Assembly (NCBI GenBank): GCA_910587285.1 | Contig: CAJULM010000014.1 | Span: 2,053 to 66,052 of the forward strand | Length of the DNA stretch: 64,000 bases | Origin: an uncultured Oscillospiraceae bacterium | GTDB taxonomy: Bacteria; Bacillota; Clostridia; Oscillospirales; Oscillospiraceae | Direction: 5' to 3' | Shown: positions 16,646 through 26,337 of the stretch, piece by piece | How the letters are laid out: each line of letters opens with the position of its first letter | Numbering within the stretch: position 1 is the stretch's first letter | Position numbers and translations under genes: made by a program | Notes under the pieces: model-generated | Database searches by the model: none | What the model was told of the DNA's origin: nothing | The model's input: the letters and a program-made list of their open reading frames with translations, nothing else

Positions 16646-17752
16646 TTAACCCTTGGCTGCCTTGAAGGACTTGATGGCCTCGGCCAGCATGGGGCCAACC
16701 TTGAACAGGTCGCCGGTGATGCCGTAGGTGGCCGCGTCAAAGATGGGCGCGGAACCGTTCTTGTTCACCGCGATGATGCACTCGCTGTCCTGCATACCGG
16801 CCAGATGCTGAATCGCACCGGAGATGCCCAGGGCCACATAGATCTTGGGATGTACGGTCTTGCCGGTCTGGCCCACCTGGTGGTCCACGCCGATCCAGCC
16901 CGCGTCCACCACGGCGCGGGACGCGCCCACTACGCCGCCCAGCACATTGGCCAGCTCCTCAGCGATCTCGATGCCCCGGGTGGGGTTGGAGCTGATGCCG
17001 CGGCCCACGGCCACCACCACGTCAGCGCCGATCAGGTCCACCAACTTCTTGGCGGACTTCTTGATCTCCACCAGGTCCACATGGATATCGGACTTGTCCA
17101 GCTTCACGTCCACGTGCTCCAGCATGGTCTGCTGGCTCTTGGCCTCGTCAAAGGCCTGGGTCTGCATCACGCCGGGGCGGACAGTGGACATCTGGGGACG
17201 GTAGTCCGGGCACACGATGGTGGCCATCAGGTGCCCGCCGAAGGCCGGACGGGTCATCTTCAGGTTCTTGTTGTTCTCAAAGACAGTGTTATCCACGTCG
17301 ATGGTGGAGGTGGTCTTCAGGAAGGCCTTGTACTTCTCCACGTCCACGTCCAGGTGGGTGCAGTCGGCAGTGAGGCCGGTGTGCAGGCGGGCGGCCACGC
17401 GGGGGCCCAGGTCCCGGCCGATGTTGGTCGCGCCAATCAGGAACACCTCGGGCTTGTGCTCCTCCACCAGATCGCACAGCACCTTGGTGTAGGCGTCGGT
17501 GGTGTAGTCCTTCAACAGCTCGTGGTCACAGATGTACACCTTGTCCGCACCGTAGCCGCCCAGCGCCTTGGCATAGGTCTCGTTCACGCCGCTACCCAGC
17601 AGCACGCCGCACAGCTCCACGCCCAGGTCGTCGGCCAGCTTCCGACCCTCGCTCAGCAGCTGATAGCCGGTGCCCAGGATCACGCCGTCCCGCTGCTCAC
17701 AAAATACCCACACGCCCTTGAAGGCGGCGGTGTCTTTACTATTATAAGCCAT
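16646..17752 (-). CDS. etfA: Electron transfer flavoprotein alpha subunit
   Basis: GLTADCT, TRPAFGG, QVGQTGKTV, GISGAIQHLAGM. Confidence 0.96.
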   Translation of the reverse strand: MAYNSKDTAAFKGVWVFCEQRDGVILGTGYQLLSEGRKLADDLGVELCGVLLGSGVNETYAKALGGYGADKVYICDHELLKDYTTDAYTKVLCDLVEEHKPEVFLIGATNIGRDLGPRVAARLHTGLTADCTHLDVDVEKYKAFLKTTSTIDVDNTVFENNKNLKMTRPAFGGHLMATIVCPDYRPQMSTVRPGVMQTQAFDEAKSQQTMLEHVDVKLDKSDIHVDLVEIKKSAKKLVDLIGADVVVAVGRGISSNPTRGIEIAEELANVLGGVVGASRAVVDAGWIGVDHQVGQTGKTVHPKIYVALGISGAIQHLAGMQDSECIIAVNKNGSAPIFDAATYGITGDLFKVGPMLAEAIKSFKAAKG

Positions 17753-17770
17753 ATTCAACCTCCCCTTTCC

Positions 17771-18577
17771 TTAGATGATGTGCTTCTCGCCCAGCATGGA
17801 CACCAGCTGCTCGCACGCGGCCTTATCCGCGCCCTCCAGCATAGTGCCCTTGCCCTTCACCGGGGGAGAGAAGGACTTGTACACCTGGGTGGGCGAGCCC
17901 TTCAGGCCCACGTTCTCCGCAGAGGCGATCCACTTGCTCTCCAGCAGGGCGTTGAAGTCCCACATGGTGTAGGGCTTGGCGTAGCACTCCATGATGCCGG
18001 ACACGCTCATGTACCGTGGGGTGTTCAGCTCCTTGATGCAGGTGAGCACGCAGGGGGTCTGCACCTTGATGGTCATGTAGCCGTCCTCCAGCTCACGCCG
18101 CACGGTCAGCTCGCCGTCCTTGTAGTCGATGGCGGTGACATAGGTGACCTGGGGCAGCCCCAGCTTCTCGGCGATCTGGGGACCCACCTGGGCGGTGTCG
18201 CCGTCGATGGCCTGACGGCCGCACATCACGATGTCGCCCTTCTCCACGCCGATCTTCTCAATGGCGGCGGTGAGGGTGTTGGAGGTGGCCCAGGTGTCGG
18301 CGCCGCCGAACTCGCGGGCGGACACCAGGTACGCCTCGTCGGCGCCCATGGCCAGGCACTCCCGGAGCATAGACTCCGTGGGCGGGGGACCCATGGACAC
18401 GACGCAAACCTTTACGTCGGGGTTGGTCTCTTTGATCTGCAGGGCCGCCTCCAGGGCGTTCATGTCATCGGGGTTGGAAATGGTGGCCATAGCCGCGCGG
18501 TCCATGGTGCCGTCCGCTTTGACGGCCACCACGCCGGAGGTGTCGGGCACCTGCTTGACGCAGACAATGATTTTCAT
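17771..18577 (-). CDS. etfB: Electron transfer flavoprotein beta subunit
   Basis: MKIIVCVKQVPD, GRQAIDGDTAQVGP. Confidence 0.96.
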   Translation of the reverse strand: MKIIVCVKQVPDTSGVVAVKADGTMDRAAMATISNPDDMNALEAALQIKETNPDVKVCVVSMGPPPTESMLRECLAMGADEAYLVSAREFGGADTWATSNTLTAAIEKIGVEKGDIVMCGRQAIDGDTAQVGPQIAEKLGLPQVTYVTAIDYKDGELTVRRELEDGYMTIKVQTPCVLTCIKELNTPRYMSVSGIMECYAKPYTMWDFNALLESKWIASAENVGLKGSPTQVYKSFSPPVKGKGTMLEGADKAACEQLVSMLGEKHII

Positions 18578-18592
18578 GGTGTTTCTACCTCC

Positions 18593-19747
18593 TTACTTAA
18601 TGATCGCGCCGGAAATGACCATGCGCTGCACCTCAGAGGTGCCCTCGTAGATTTCGGTGATCTTGGCGTCACGCATCATGCGCTCCACGGGGTAATCCCG
18701 GGTATAGCCGTAGCCGCCGAACAGCTGCACGCAACGGCGGGTCACGTCGCTGGCGGTCTCCGCCGCCACCAGCTTGGCCATGGCCGCGTCCACGCCAAAG
18801 GCCTCGTGGTTCTGCTTCTTCATAGCGGCGGCATACACCAGGTACTTGGCCGCCTGAGTGCGGGCGTACATATCCGCCAGCTCGAACTGGGTGTTCTGCT
18901 GCTTGGCGATGGGCTTGCCGAACTGCACGCGCTCCTTGGTGTAGGCGATGGTCTCGTCAATGGCGCCCTCGGCCAAGCCCAGAGCCTGAGCCGCAATACC
19001 GATACGGCCGCCGTCCAGAGTGGCCATGGCCTCGTTAAAGCCCTTGCCCTGCTTGCCCAGCAGACGGTCGCCGGGAATCACACAGTCCTCAAAGATCAGC
19101 TCGCAGGTGGAGGAGCCGCGGATGCCCATCTTCTTCTCGTGCTTGCCCACGGAGAAGCCCTTGTCAGTGCGCTCCACGATGAACGCGGACAGCTCCTTGG
19201 TCTTGCGGCCCCGCTTCTCAATGATGCCGGTGATGGCGATGACGATGAACACGTTGGCATAGCCCGCGTTGGTGATGAAAATCTTGGAGCCGTTCAGCAC
19301 CCAGTCGCCGTTCTCGTTCTTCACGGCGGTGGTCTGCTGGCCCTGGGCGTCGGTGCCGGCGCCGGGCTCGGTGAGGCCGAAGGCCCCAATCCACTCGCCC
19401 GAGCAGAGCTTGGGCAGATAGTACTTCTTCTGCTCCTCGGTGCCATACTCAAAGATGGGGTTGCAGCACAGGCTGGTGTGGGCGGACAGAATGACGGACG
19501 TGGTGCCGCACACCTTGGCCATCTCCTCCACCGCCATCACGTAGGACAGGTAATCGGCCCCCGCCCCGCCGTACTCCTTGGGCAGATAAATGCCCATCAT
19601 GCCCAGCTTGGCCATCTTTTTGACGGTCTCCTCCGGGAAACGCTCCTCCTCGTCCACATCCGCGGCGATGGGCTTGACCTCATTCTCCGCGAAATCCTGG
19701 AACAGCTTCTGGAGCATTGCCTGCTCTTTGGACAGTTTAAAATCCAT
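18593..19747 (-). CDS. bcd: Butyryl-CoA dehydrogenase
   Basis: FGLTEPGAGTDA, GGYGYTRDYPVERMMRDAKITEIYEGT; adjacent to etfBA. Confidence 0.95.
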   Translation of the reverse strand: MDFKLSKEQAMLQKLFQDFAENEVKPIAADVDEEERFPEETVKKMAKLGMMGIYLPKEYGGAGADYLSYVMAVEEMAKVCGTTSVILSAHTSLCCNPIFEYGTEEQKKYYLPKLCSGEWIGAFGLTEPGAGTDAQGQQTTAVKNENGDWVLNGSKIFITNAGYANVFIVIAITGIIEKRGRKTKELSAFIVERTDKGFSVGKHEKKMGIRGSSTCELIFEDCVIPGDRLLGKQGKGFNEAMATLDGGRIGIAAQALGLAEGAIDETIAYTKERVQFGKPIAKQQNTQFELADMYARTQAAKYLVYAAAMKKQNHEAFGVDAAMAKLVAAETASDVTRRCVQLFGGYGYTRDYPVERMMRDAKITEIYEGTSEVQRMVISGAIIK

Positions 19748-19782
19748 GTGTTTTTACCTCCTTATAACTTGCCCGCCGGCCC

Positions 19783-20655
19783 TTACAGCTCGTCGGCAGC
19801 GGTCTTGGTGCGGTCCGCGTTATAGACATAGAAGCCCTTGCCGGACTTCACGCCCAGCTGACCGCCCCGAACCATCTTCCGCAGCAGCGGGCAGGCGCGG
19901 TACTTGCTGTCGCCGGTCTCGTGATACAGCACGTCCATGATGGCCAGGCAGATGTCCAGGCCGATGAAGTCGCCCAGCTCCAGGGGACCCATGGGATGGT
20001 TGGCTCCCAGCTTCATGGCGGCGTCAATGCCCGCGATGTTGGACACGCCCTCCATCTTGATGAAGGCGGCCTCGTTGATCATGGGAATCAGGATGCGGTT
20101 CACCACAAAGCCGGCGGCCTCGTTCACCTGCACGGGGGTCTTGCCCAGCTCCTCCGAGATGGACACGATGTCCGCCACCATGGAGGCGGGGGTGTTCGCG
20201 CCAGCAATTACCTCGATGAGCTTCATCCGGTCGGCGGGGTTGAAGAAGTGCATCCCGATCAGGGGACGGCTCAGGCCCTTGCCGATCTCGGTGATGGACA
20301 GGGAGGAGGTGTTGGAGGCGAAAATGCACTCCGCCTTGCAGATCTTGTCCAGCTCGCCGAAGGTGGCCTGCTTCACACCCATGTCCTCAAACGCGGCCTC
20401 CACGATCAGGTCGCAGTCAGCGCACAGGTCCTCCTTAAGACCGGCAGTGATGGCGGCGCAGATGCCGTCGGCCTTGGCCTGGTCCATCTTGCCCTTTTCC
20501 ACCAGCTTGGCATAGCCCTTCTGGATCTTGGCCTTGCCGTTGTCGGCCCACTCCTGCTTGATGTCGCACAGGGCGACGCTCCAGCCGCTCTGGGCAAACG
20601 CCTTGGCGATGCCCTGACCCATGGTACCGGCGCCGATTACGCCTACTTTTTTCAT
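19783..20655 (-). CDS. hbd: 3-hydroxybutyryl-CoA dehydrogenase
   Basis: GAGTMG, SNTSSLS, GMHFFNP, GANHPMGP. Confidence 0.95.
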   Translation of the reverse strand: MKKVGVIGAGTMGQGIAKAFAQSGWSVALCDIKQEWADNGKAKIQKGYAKLVEKGKMDQAKADGICAAITAGLKEDLCADCDLIVEAAFEDMGVKQATFGELDKICKAECIFASNTSSLSITEIGKGLSRPLIGMHFFNPADRMKLIEVIAGANTPASMVADIVSISEELGKTPVQVNEAAGFVVNRILIPMINEAAFIKMEGVSNIAGIDAAMKLGANHPMGPLELGDFIGLDICLAIMDVLYHETGDSKYRACPLLRKMVRGGQLGVKSGKGFYVYNADRTKTAADEL

Positions 20656-20699
20656 GATGTATTTCCTCCTAAAATTTAAATTTTGGCTTGGATATTATG

Positions 20700-21476
20700 T
20701 CACTTGTTCTGGAAGTGCTTCTCGGCACGCTTCTCCAAAAACGCACCCATGCCCTCGTTCTTGTCCTCGGTGCCGCAGGTGACGCCGAAGGCCTCGGCCT
20801 CAAAGGCGGAACCGGTGGCGATATCGATCTGCATCCCCATACGGATGCAGCGCTTGGACTCCTGGACGGCGATGGGAGCGTTGGCGCAGATGGCGTTGGC
20901 CAGCTCCATAGCCTTATCCATCAGCTCCTCGGGGGCGTAAACCTGGCTGACCAGGCCGATCTCCTTGGCCTCGGCCGCGCCGATCACCTTGGCGGTGAGG
21001 ATGAGCTCCATGGCCTTGGAAATGCCCACGATGCGGGGCAGGCGCTGGGTGCCGCCAAAGCCCGGCGTGATGCCCAGACCCACCTCGGGCTGGCCAAACT
21101 TGGCCTTTTCAGAGGCAATGCGGATGTCGCAGGACATGGCCAGCTCGCACCCGCCGCCCAGAGCGAACCCGTTGACCGCAGCGATCACGGGCTTGGACAG
21201 ATTCTCCAGACGCAGGAACACCCCGCCGCCGTGGACGCCGAACTTCTTGCCGTCGATGGCGGAGAAGCCTTTCATCTCGCCGATATCGGCGCCCGCCACA
21301 AAGGACCGGCCCGCACCGGTGAGAATGACCGCGTGGATATCCGGCGACGCCTCCACCTTGGTGATGACCTCGTCCAGATCGCTCAGCACCTGGCTGTTCA
21401 GGGCATTGAGCGCCTCGGGGCGATTGATGGTCAAAATCGCCACAGCGCCCTGCTGTTCAAAGTTGACAAATGACAT
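20700..21476 (-). CDS. crt: Crotonase (3-hydroxybutyryl-CoA dehydratase)
   Basis: FVAGADI, ALGGGCEL, GQPEVGLGITPGFGGTQRL; RBS GGAGG. Confidence 0.95.
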   Translation of the reverse strand: MSFVNFEQQGAVAILTINRPEALNALNSQVLSDLDEVITKVEASPDIHAVILTGAGRSFVAGADIGEMKGFSAIDGKKFGVHGGGVFLRLENLSKPVIAAVNGFALGGGCELAMSCDIRIASEKAKFGQPEVGLGITPGFGGTQRLPRIVGISKAMELILTAKVIGAAEAKEIGLVSQVYAPEELMDKAMELANAICANAPIAVQESKRCIRMGMQIDIATGSAFEAEAFGVTCGTEDKNEGMGAFLEKRAEKHFQNK

Positions 21477-21576
21477 CAGATATTGCCTCCTTAAATAATG
21501 TACTGGTCCAATGCTTGGAATCACAGCGGGTTCCTCTCTCCGCGCCCTGCCCCTTTCCATCCAACTGCGCCAAAGT

Positions 21577-21594
21577 TTGCTATTTTTTTAACAA
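21577..21594. promoter_or_regulatory. Rex operator in the crt leader
   Basis: TTGCTATTTTTTTAACAA versus TTGTTAAnnnnTTAACAA (2 mismatches). Confidence 0.7.
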
Positions 21595-21688
21595 GTCGGA
21601 GCAAAAGGGCGGCGGCCATGACGGCAGCTGTATCCGCCAGTCATGCCGCACCGAGCAGCCAGAGAAGGGCCCTCTGAATCCTCTCATA

Positions 21689-21717
21689 AGTATACCGCCT
21701 TTGTTCTGCTAATGCAA
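21689..21717 (-). promoter_or_regulatory. SigmaA promoter of the crt operon
   Basis: Minus strand TTGCAT-N17-TATACT. Confidence 0.7.
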
Positions 21718-21828
21718 GGAGTTTTTGAAACAATATTCAGGTTTTTCACAAAAATTCTCCTGGTTTTTTACTGGACGGACGGGAAAAAAAAACGCCGTCC
21801 CCAATTCCTGGAAACGGCGTTCCTGATT

Positions 21829-22536
21829 TCACAGCAGCTGCGTCAGCCACTGTGCCAACGGTATGTAAGCAATGGGTAAAAACATAGCGGGCAGCATATT
21901 CCCCACCTTGATTTTTTCCCTCCCCAGACCCAGCATATTGAACGCGATGGCCACGATGAGCGCACCCCCCACCGCCGTCATCTCCGTCACCACCGCCGCC
22001 GGGAGGTAGGGACCCACCCAAGCGGCCAGCAGGGTGATGCCCCCCTGGTAAAGCAGCAGGGGAATAGCGGAAAACGCCACTCCAATCCCCATCGTAGCTG
22101 TAAAGGAGATGGCCGTTACCCCGTCGATGACCCCCTTGGACACGATGATGCCATAATTGTGGTTCAACCCCGCTTCAATGGACCCGGTAATCGCCATGGC
22201 ACCCACGCAGAACAGCAGCGAGGCTGTGACAAACCCCTCCGTGAAGCGGCTGTCTCCCCCTCCCCTCGCCATCCTAACCTGAAGCAGATTCCCCGCTCCC
22301 TCCAGACGGCCCTCAATATCCACAGCATGGCCAATCACGGTCCCGGCCACCATGCACACAATGACGCACAGCATATCCTCCGTCCCCACCATGCTACTCA
22401 CCCCTACCCCCAACACGCAAAGGCTCAGGGCCTGGGTTAGAATGGCCATAAGACGGGCGCTGATGAGGTTTTTAAACGCCAGGCCCAGTCCGCTTCCTAT
22501 CAGCACAAAGGCCACATTGATCATCGTCGCGATCAT
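21829..22536 (-). CDS. DUF554 family membrane protein
   Basis: GFVTASLLFCVGAMAITGSIEAG, LLLYQGGIT; overlaps the ribF stop. Confidence 0.85.
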   Translation of the reverse strand: MIATMINVAFVLIGSGLGLAFKNLISARLMAILTQALSLCVLGVGVSSMVGTEDMLCVIVCMVAGTVIGHAVDIEGRLEGAGNLLQVRMARGGGDSRFTEGFVTASLLFCVGAMAITGSIEAGLNHNYGIIVSKGVIDGVTAISFTATMGIGVAFSAIPLLLYQGGITLLAAWVGPYLPAAVVTEMTAVGGALIVAIAFNMLGLGREKIKVGNMLPAMFLPIAYIPLAQWLTQLL

Positions 22537-23447
22537 TGGACCGGCCCCTTCGCTGCAAAATAGGAGCGGGTCTGCGCCGCATTTTCCAAAATGGCGGCGC
22601 GCAGTTGGTCCACGCCGCTGAACTTTCGCTCCGGCCGCAGCTGCTTGTGCAGCTCCAGGCAGATGGTCTGACCATACAGATCCCCCTGGAAGTCCAAAAT
22701 CCACGGCTCCACCGTCACCCCGGCCAGCCCCGCGTTCACCGTGGGGCGCACCCCCACGTTAGTCACCGCCAGCCGGCTGTCCCCGTCTGGGAGCAACACC
22801 CGGGAGGCGTATACCCCAAAAGCGGGGGCGATCACCCCATCGGGCACCAGCAGGTTGGCAGTGGGGGTGCCCAAGGTGCGGCCCAACTCGCTGCCATGGA
22901 CCACAGGCCCGGACAGGATATGGGGGTGCCCCAAAAACCGGGCGGCTCGCTCCAGCTCGCCCGCCTCCACCAGCGCCCGAATGTGGGTGGAGGATACCGT
23001 AATCCCATCCAGCTCCACCTTGGGGATGATGTCGCAGCCCATACCCAACGCCCCGCACTGTTCCCTCAGCCGCTCCGGGGTGCCCTCTCCGCCCCGACCA
23101 AAACGGAAATCGTGGCCCGCCACCACATGGACAGCCCTCAGATGCGTTTGCAGGTAGTCCGCGACGAAATCCCGCCAGTCCATGTCCCGCATCACATCAA
23201 AGGGAGCCACCACAACCTCCCGGATGCCGTACAGCTCCTCCATCAGCCTCCGGCGGTCCTCCACCCCGGTGAGCAGGGAGATCACTCTCCCTGTCAAGGC
23301 CGCCGTGGGGCTGCGGTCGAAGGTAAAGGCGCTGGGTAGGGCGTTTAGCGCCTTTGCCCGCTGTGCCACGGTGTGCAGCAGCGCCCCATGGCCAAGGTGC
23401 ACCCCGTCAAAAAAGCCCAGGGCGATAACTCTTGGTTGATTTTTCAT
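22533..23447 (-). CDS. ribF: Bifunctional riboflavin kinase/FAD synthetase
   Basis: GFFDGVHLGH, VSSTHIR, GRTLGTPTAN, NVGVRPT. Confidence 0.95.
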   Translation of the reverse strand: MKNQPRVIALGFFDGVHLGHGALLHTVAQRAKALNALPSAFTFDRSPTAALTGRVISLLTGVEDRRRLMEELYGIREVVVAPFDVMRDMDWRDFVADYLQTHLRAVHVVAGHDFRFGRGGEGTPERLREQCGALGMGCDIIPKVELDGITVSSTHIRALVEAGELERAARFLGHPHILSGPVVHGSELGRTLGTPTANLLVPDGVIAPAFGVYASRVLLPDGDSRLAVTNVGVRPTVNAGLAGVTVEPWILDFQGDLYGQTICLELHKQLRPERKFSGVDQLRAAILENAAQTRSYFAAKGPVQ

Positions 23448-23453
23448 CTGTAA

Positions 23454-24338
23454 TTACACCTCGAAAAAGCTCTTGACGGTTTTCAGCGTTCCGCCTGCCG
23501 CCCGCCCAAGGGCCAGAAATGTCCCATCCGCACCGTATACCCGATACTCCCCGTCGGCCAGCCTGGGGGCGGACAAGGACGAGCCGTTGCGCACCTTCTT
23601 CTCCGCACCAGCACCTCTCAGCACCAGCACCGGCACGCCGGCAAATAATCGCTCCACCGGCAGCAGCAGCTCCTCCCCTTCCCCTCGGTCCACAGCGGCT
23701 TGGACGGCCTCCAGGGCTATGCTGTCAGCCAGGGTAAAGCCCGCCGCCTTCACGCGCCGCAGAGAGCTCATACACCCGCCGCAGCCCAGGGCCTGTCCGA
23801 TGTCGTGGCACAGAGTGCGCACGTAGGTGCCCTTGGAGCAGCGGATGCGGAGCTGGAAATCCTCTCCCGCATCCGGCCAACCCAGCAGCTCCAATTCGTA
23901 AATGGTCACAGGCCGGGGCTTGCGCTCCACCTCTTTGCCCTTCCGGGCCAGTTCGTAGAGCTTCTTGCCGTTGATTTTGATGGCGGAGTACATGGGGGGC
24001 AGCTGCTCAATGTCCCCTGTGAACCGTCCCAGCGCCGCCCGGAGCTGGTCCCCGGTTATGCTTACCGGCCGCTCCTCCAACACCTCCCCGGTGGCGTCCT
24101 GGGTGTTGGTGACTACTCCCAGCTTTAATCCAGCGATGTACTCCTTATCGGAATCAGCTGCGAACTCCACCGCACGGGTGGCCCGGCCGATAAACACGGG
24201 CAGCACCCCGGTGGCCATGGGGTCCAGCGTGCCCGCATGGCCTACCCGCTTCTCGTGAAACATCCCCCGCAGCTTAGCGCACACGTCCATGGAAGTCCAT
24301 CCGGCGGGCTTGTCGATCACAATCATTCCATTTGCCAC
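23454..24338 (-). CDS. truB: tRNA pseudouridine(55) synthase
   Basis: GHAGTLDPMATGVL, CSKGTYVRTL. Confidence 0.97.
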   Translation of the reverse strand: MANGMIVIDKPAGWTSMDVCAKLRGMFHEKRVGHAGTLDPMATGVLPVFIGRATRAVEFAADSDKEYIAGLKLGVVTNTQDATGEVLEERPVSITGDQLRAALGRFTGDIEQLPPMYSAIKINGKKLYELARKGKEVERKPRPVTIYELELLGWPDAGEDFQLRIRCSKGTYVRTLCHDIGQALGCGGCMSSLRRVKAAGFTLADSIALEAVQAAVDRGEGEELLLPVERLFAGVPVLVLRGAGAEKKVRNGSSLSAPRLADGEYRVYGADGTFLALGRAAGGTLKTVKSFFEV

Positions 24339-24361
24339 GGCGTCGGCCTCCTTGTTCCGTG

Positions 24362-25321
24362 TCAGTCTTGAGTGGGCTGAACCAGCTGCTCGTCAATGGC
24401 GGCCAGGATGGACTGTTCCGCCTGGGCCAGCGTCCCTTTCACGGTACAGCCCGAGGCGGCCTTGTGCCCCCCGCCGCCCAGGCGGGCGCACACCCGAGTG
24501 GCGTTGAGCAGGTCGGCTTTGGTGCGCACCGAGATACGGAACTCGCCCCCCTCGTGCTCCCGGATGGTGGCGGTGTGGAGCACGCCCTCAATCTGGCCCA
24601 AAAAGGCGGCGATGTCGTCGGTGTCCTCCGAGGTGGCCCCGACCTGGGCCATCATGTCCAGCGTCACGCAGGCCACCGCCACCGTGCCGCCATGGTAGAG
24701 CTTCATATGTTGCAAAATCAGCCCCTCCAGCTTCATTCGCGCCATGGATTTGGTGCGAAAGTGCCGCTTGTTCAGCGCCTGGAAGGGGATGCCCTGCTCC
24801 ATCAGCGCCGCCGCCGCCCGGTGGGTGTGGGGGGTGGTGTTGGCGTAGACGAAGCAGCCGCAGTCGGTGGCGATTGCCACATACAGCGGTGTGGCGATCT
24901 CGGCGTCCATCACGCCCAGCTCGGTACAGATTTTCCAGATGATCTCCCCGCAGGCGGCCTTGTCCGCCTCAAGGCAGGTCTCCCTGGCGAAAAACTCCTG
25001 GGAGGGGTGGTGGTCGATGGCCAGGTCAATGCGCCCCTTCCACCCCGCCGCGCTGTCCGGCAGCAGGTTCTCGGTGGCCACGTCGGTGCTCACCACCGTG
25101 TCCGGCGCGAAGCCGTCCGGGGCCGTCAGCCCCTCCAGGTAGCTCCCCATCAGGGGGGTGGCGTCCTCATTGAACAGGGCATAGGCGGTCTTGCCCAGCT
25201 TCCGCAGGGCGCGGCACAGCCCCGCGGCGCAGCCGATGGTGTCGCCGTCGGGGCGCTTGTGGGTCAGAATCAGATAATTGTCGTGGGCGCGCAGAAACGC
25301 CGCCGCTTCCCGGTAGTCCAT
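24362..25321 (-). CDS. nrnA: DHH-family oligoribonuclease/pAp phosphatase
   Basis: HKRPDGD, IDHH, GGGGHKAASG; position between rbfA and truB. Confidence 0.9.
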   Translation of the reverse strand: MDYREAAAFLRAHDNYLILTHKRPDGDTIGCAAGLCRALRKLGKTAYALFNEDATPLMGSYLEGLTAPDGFAPDTVVSTDVATENLLPDSAAGWKGRIDLAIDHHPSQEFFARETCLEADKAACGEIIWKICTELGVMDAEIATPLYVAIATDCGCFVYANTTPHTHRAAAALMEQGIPFQALNKRHFRTKSMARMKLEGLILQHMKLYHGGTVAVACVTLDMMAQVGATSEDTDDIAAFLGQIEGVLHTATIREHEGGEFRISVRTKADLLNATRVCARLGGGGHKAASGCTVKGTLAQAEQSILAAIDEQLVQPTQD

Positions 25322-25324
25322 GGC

Positions 25325-25720
25325 TCACTCCTCCTCATCCAGCACAATGTGGGCGTTGGCGGGGTTGGCGGGCTTGACGATCTCCGGGTTGCGCAGCATA
25401 TCTAAGATATGGGCCCCCTTGTCGATGGAGTCGTCCCGGACAAAGGACAGCTCCGGGGTGTTGCGCAGGTTCAGCGCCCGGCCCAGCTCCCGGCGCAGCC
25501 AGCCCGCTGCGGACTTCAAGCCCTTTAAAAGCTGAGGGGTGTTGTCCTTATTCAGTGCGCTGACATAGATTTTGGCGTATTTCAAATCCGGCGTGGTCTC
25601 CACGGCGGTGACGCTCACCATGCCCGCCTCCGCCACCCGGGGGTCCTTCACGGTGCGGACGAGGGAGGACATCTCCCGCTGAATCTCCTCGTTGATGCGT
25701 CCAATGCGATTGCTTGGCAT
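25325..25720 (-). CDS. rbfA: Ribosome-binding factor A
   Basis: RIGRINEEIQRE, KDPRV, TPDLKYAK, LRNTPELSF. Confidence 0.95.
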   Translation of the reverse strand: MPSNRIGRINEEIQREMSSLVRTVKDPRVAEAGMVSVTAVETTPDLKYAKIYVSALNKDNTPQLLKGLKSAAGWLRRELGRALNLRNTPELSFVRDDSIDKGAHILDMLRNPEIVKPANPANAHIVLDEEE

Positions 25721-25751
25721 AGCGTTCTCCTTTTTTGTGGAATGATTGTGG

Positions 25752-26282
25752 TTACAAAGCCCGGGCCAGTTCCAACCGCACCTCCCGCTTTTCCACATCG
25801 GTTTGGGAATAGGCGGTCAGATCAAAGCCAATCAGGGAAAATCCATGTTTGCGGTAAAATTGAATGGCGGGGTCGTTACAACTTTGAGTTTCCAGCACCA
25901 GTGCCCTGGCTCCTGCCTTCCGGGCGGCAGAGACGGCGGTTTCCATCAGACGGCCTCCGATTCCCCGATGCCGGACGCCGTCTGCCACCCAAATATTCGA
26001 TATGCGCATCCGGTTATTCCAGCGTTCGTGGCTCAGTTCCAGATAGCCCACGGTCTGCCCCTCTTGCTCTGCGCCAAAGAGCTGTGGTTCCTCCAGCCAG
26101 TCGCCAAGCAGCCGGTCCTTGAATTCCCGCTCCTCGGTTTGGCCGAAAGGGCGTCGCTCCAGGGCGGCTCGCCATCCCTCTGGCCCTTCCCGGATCGTAA
26201 CGTCATAATAATAGTCTGTCCTGTAATGAAAGGTCAATTCCCGGCCCTTTTCTTCCGGGCCAAGGGGAATGATTTTAAGCAT
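25752..26282 (-). CDS. GNAT acetyltransferase (streptothricin acetyltransferase-like)
   Basis: RHRGIGGRLM, LETQSCNDPAIQFYRKHGF. Confidence 0.8.
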   Translation of the reverse strand: MLKIIPLGPEEKGRELTFHYRTDYYYDVTIREGPEGWRAALERRPFGQTEEREFKDRLLGDWLEEPQLFGAEQEGQTVGYLELSHERWNNRMRISNIWVADGVRHRGIGGRLMETAVSAARKAGARALVLETQSCNDPAIQFYRKHGFSLIGFDLTAYSQTDVEKREVRLELARAL

Positions 26283-26337
26283 TGCTCGGCTCCTTTCCGT
26301 GAAAAGAGAGGCGGGCGAAACCGCCCGCCCCTGCGCA

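Noticed and set aside
16805..19825. 1006-aa plus-strand ORF
   Set aside because: Antisense shadow of etfA-etfB-bcd caused by high-GC codon bias; no recognisable motifs.
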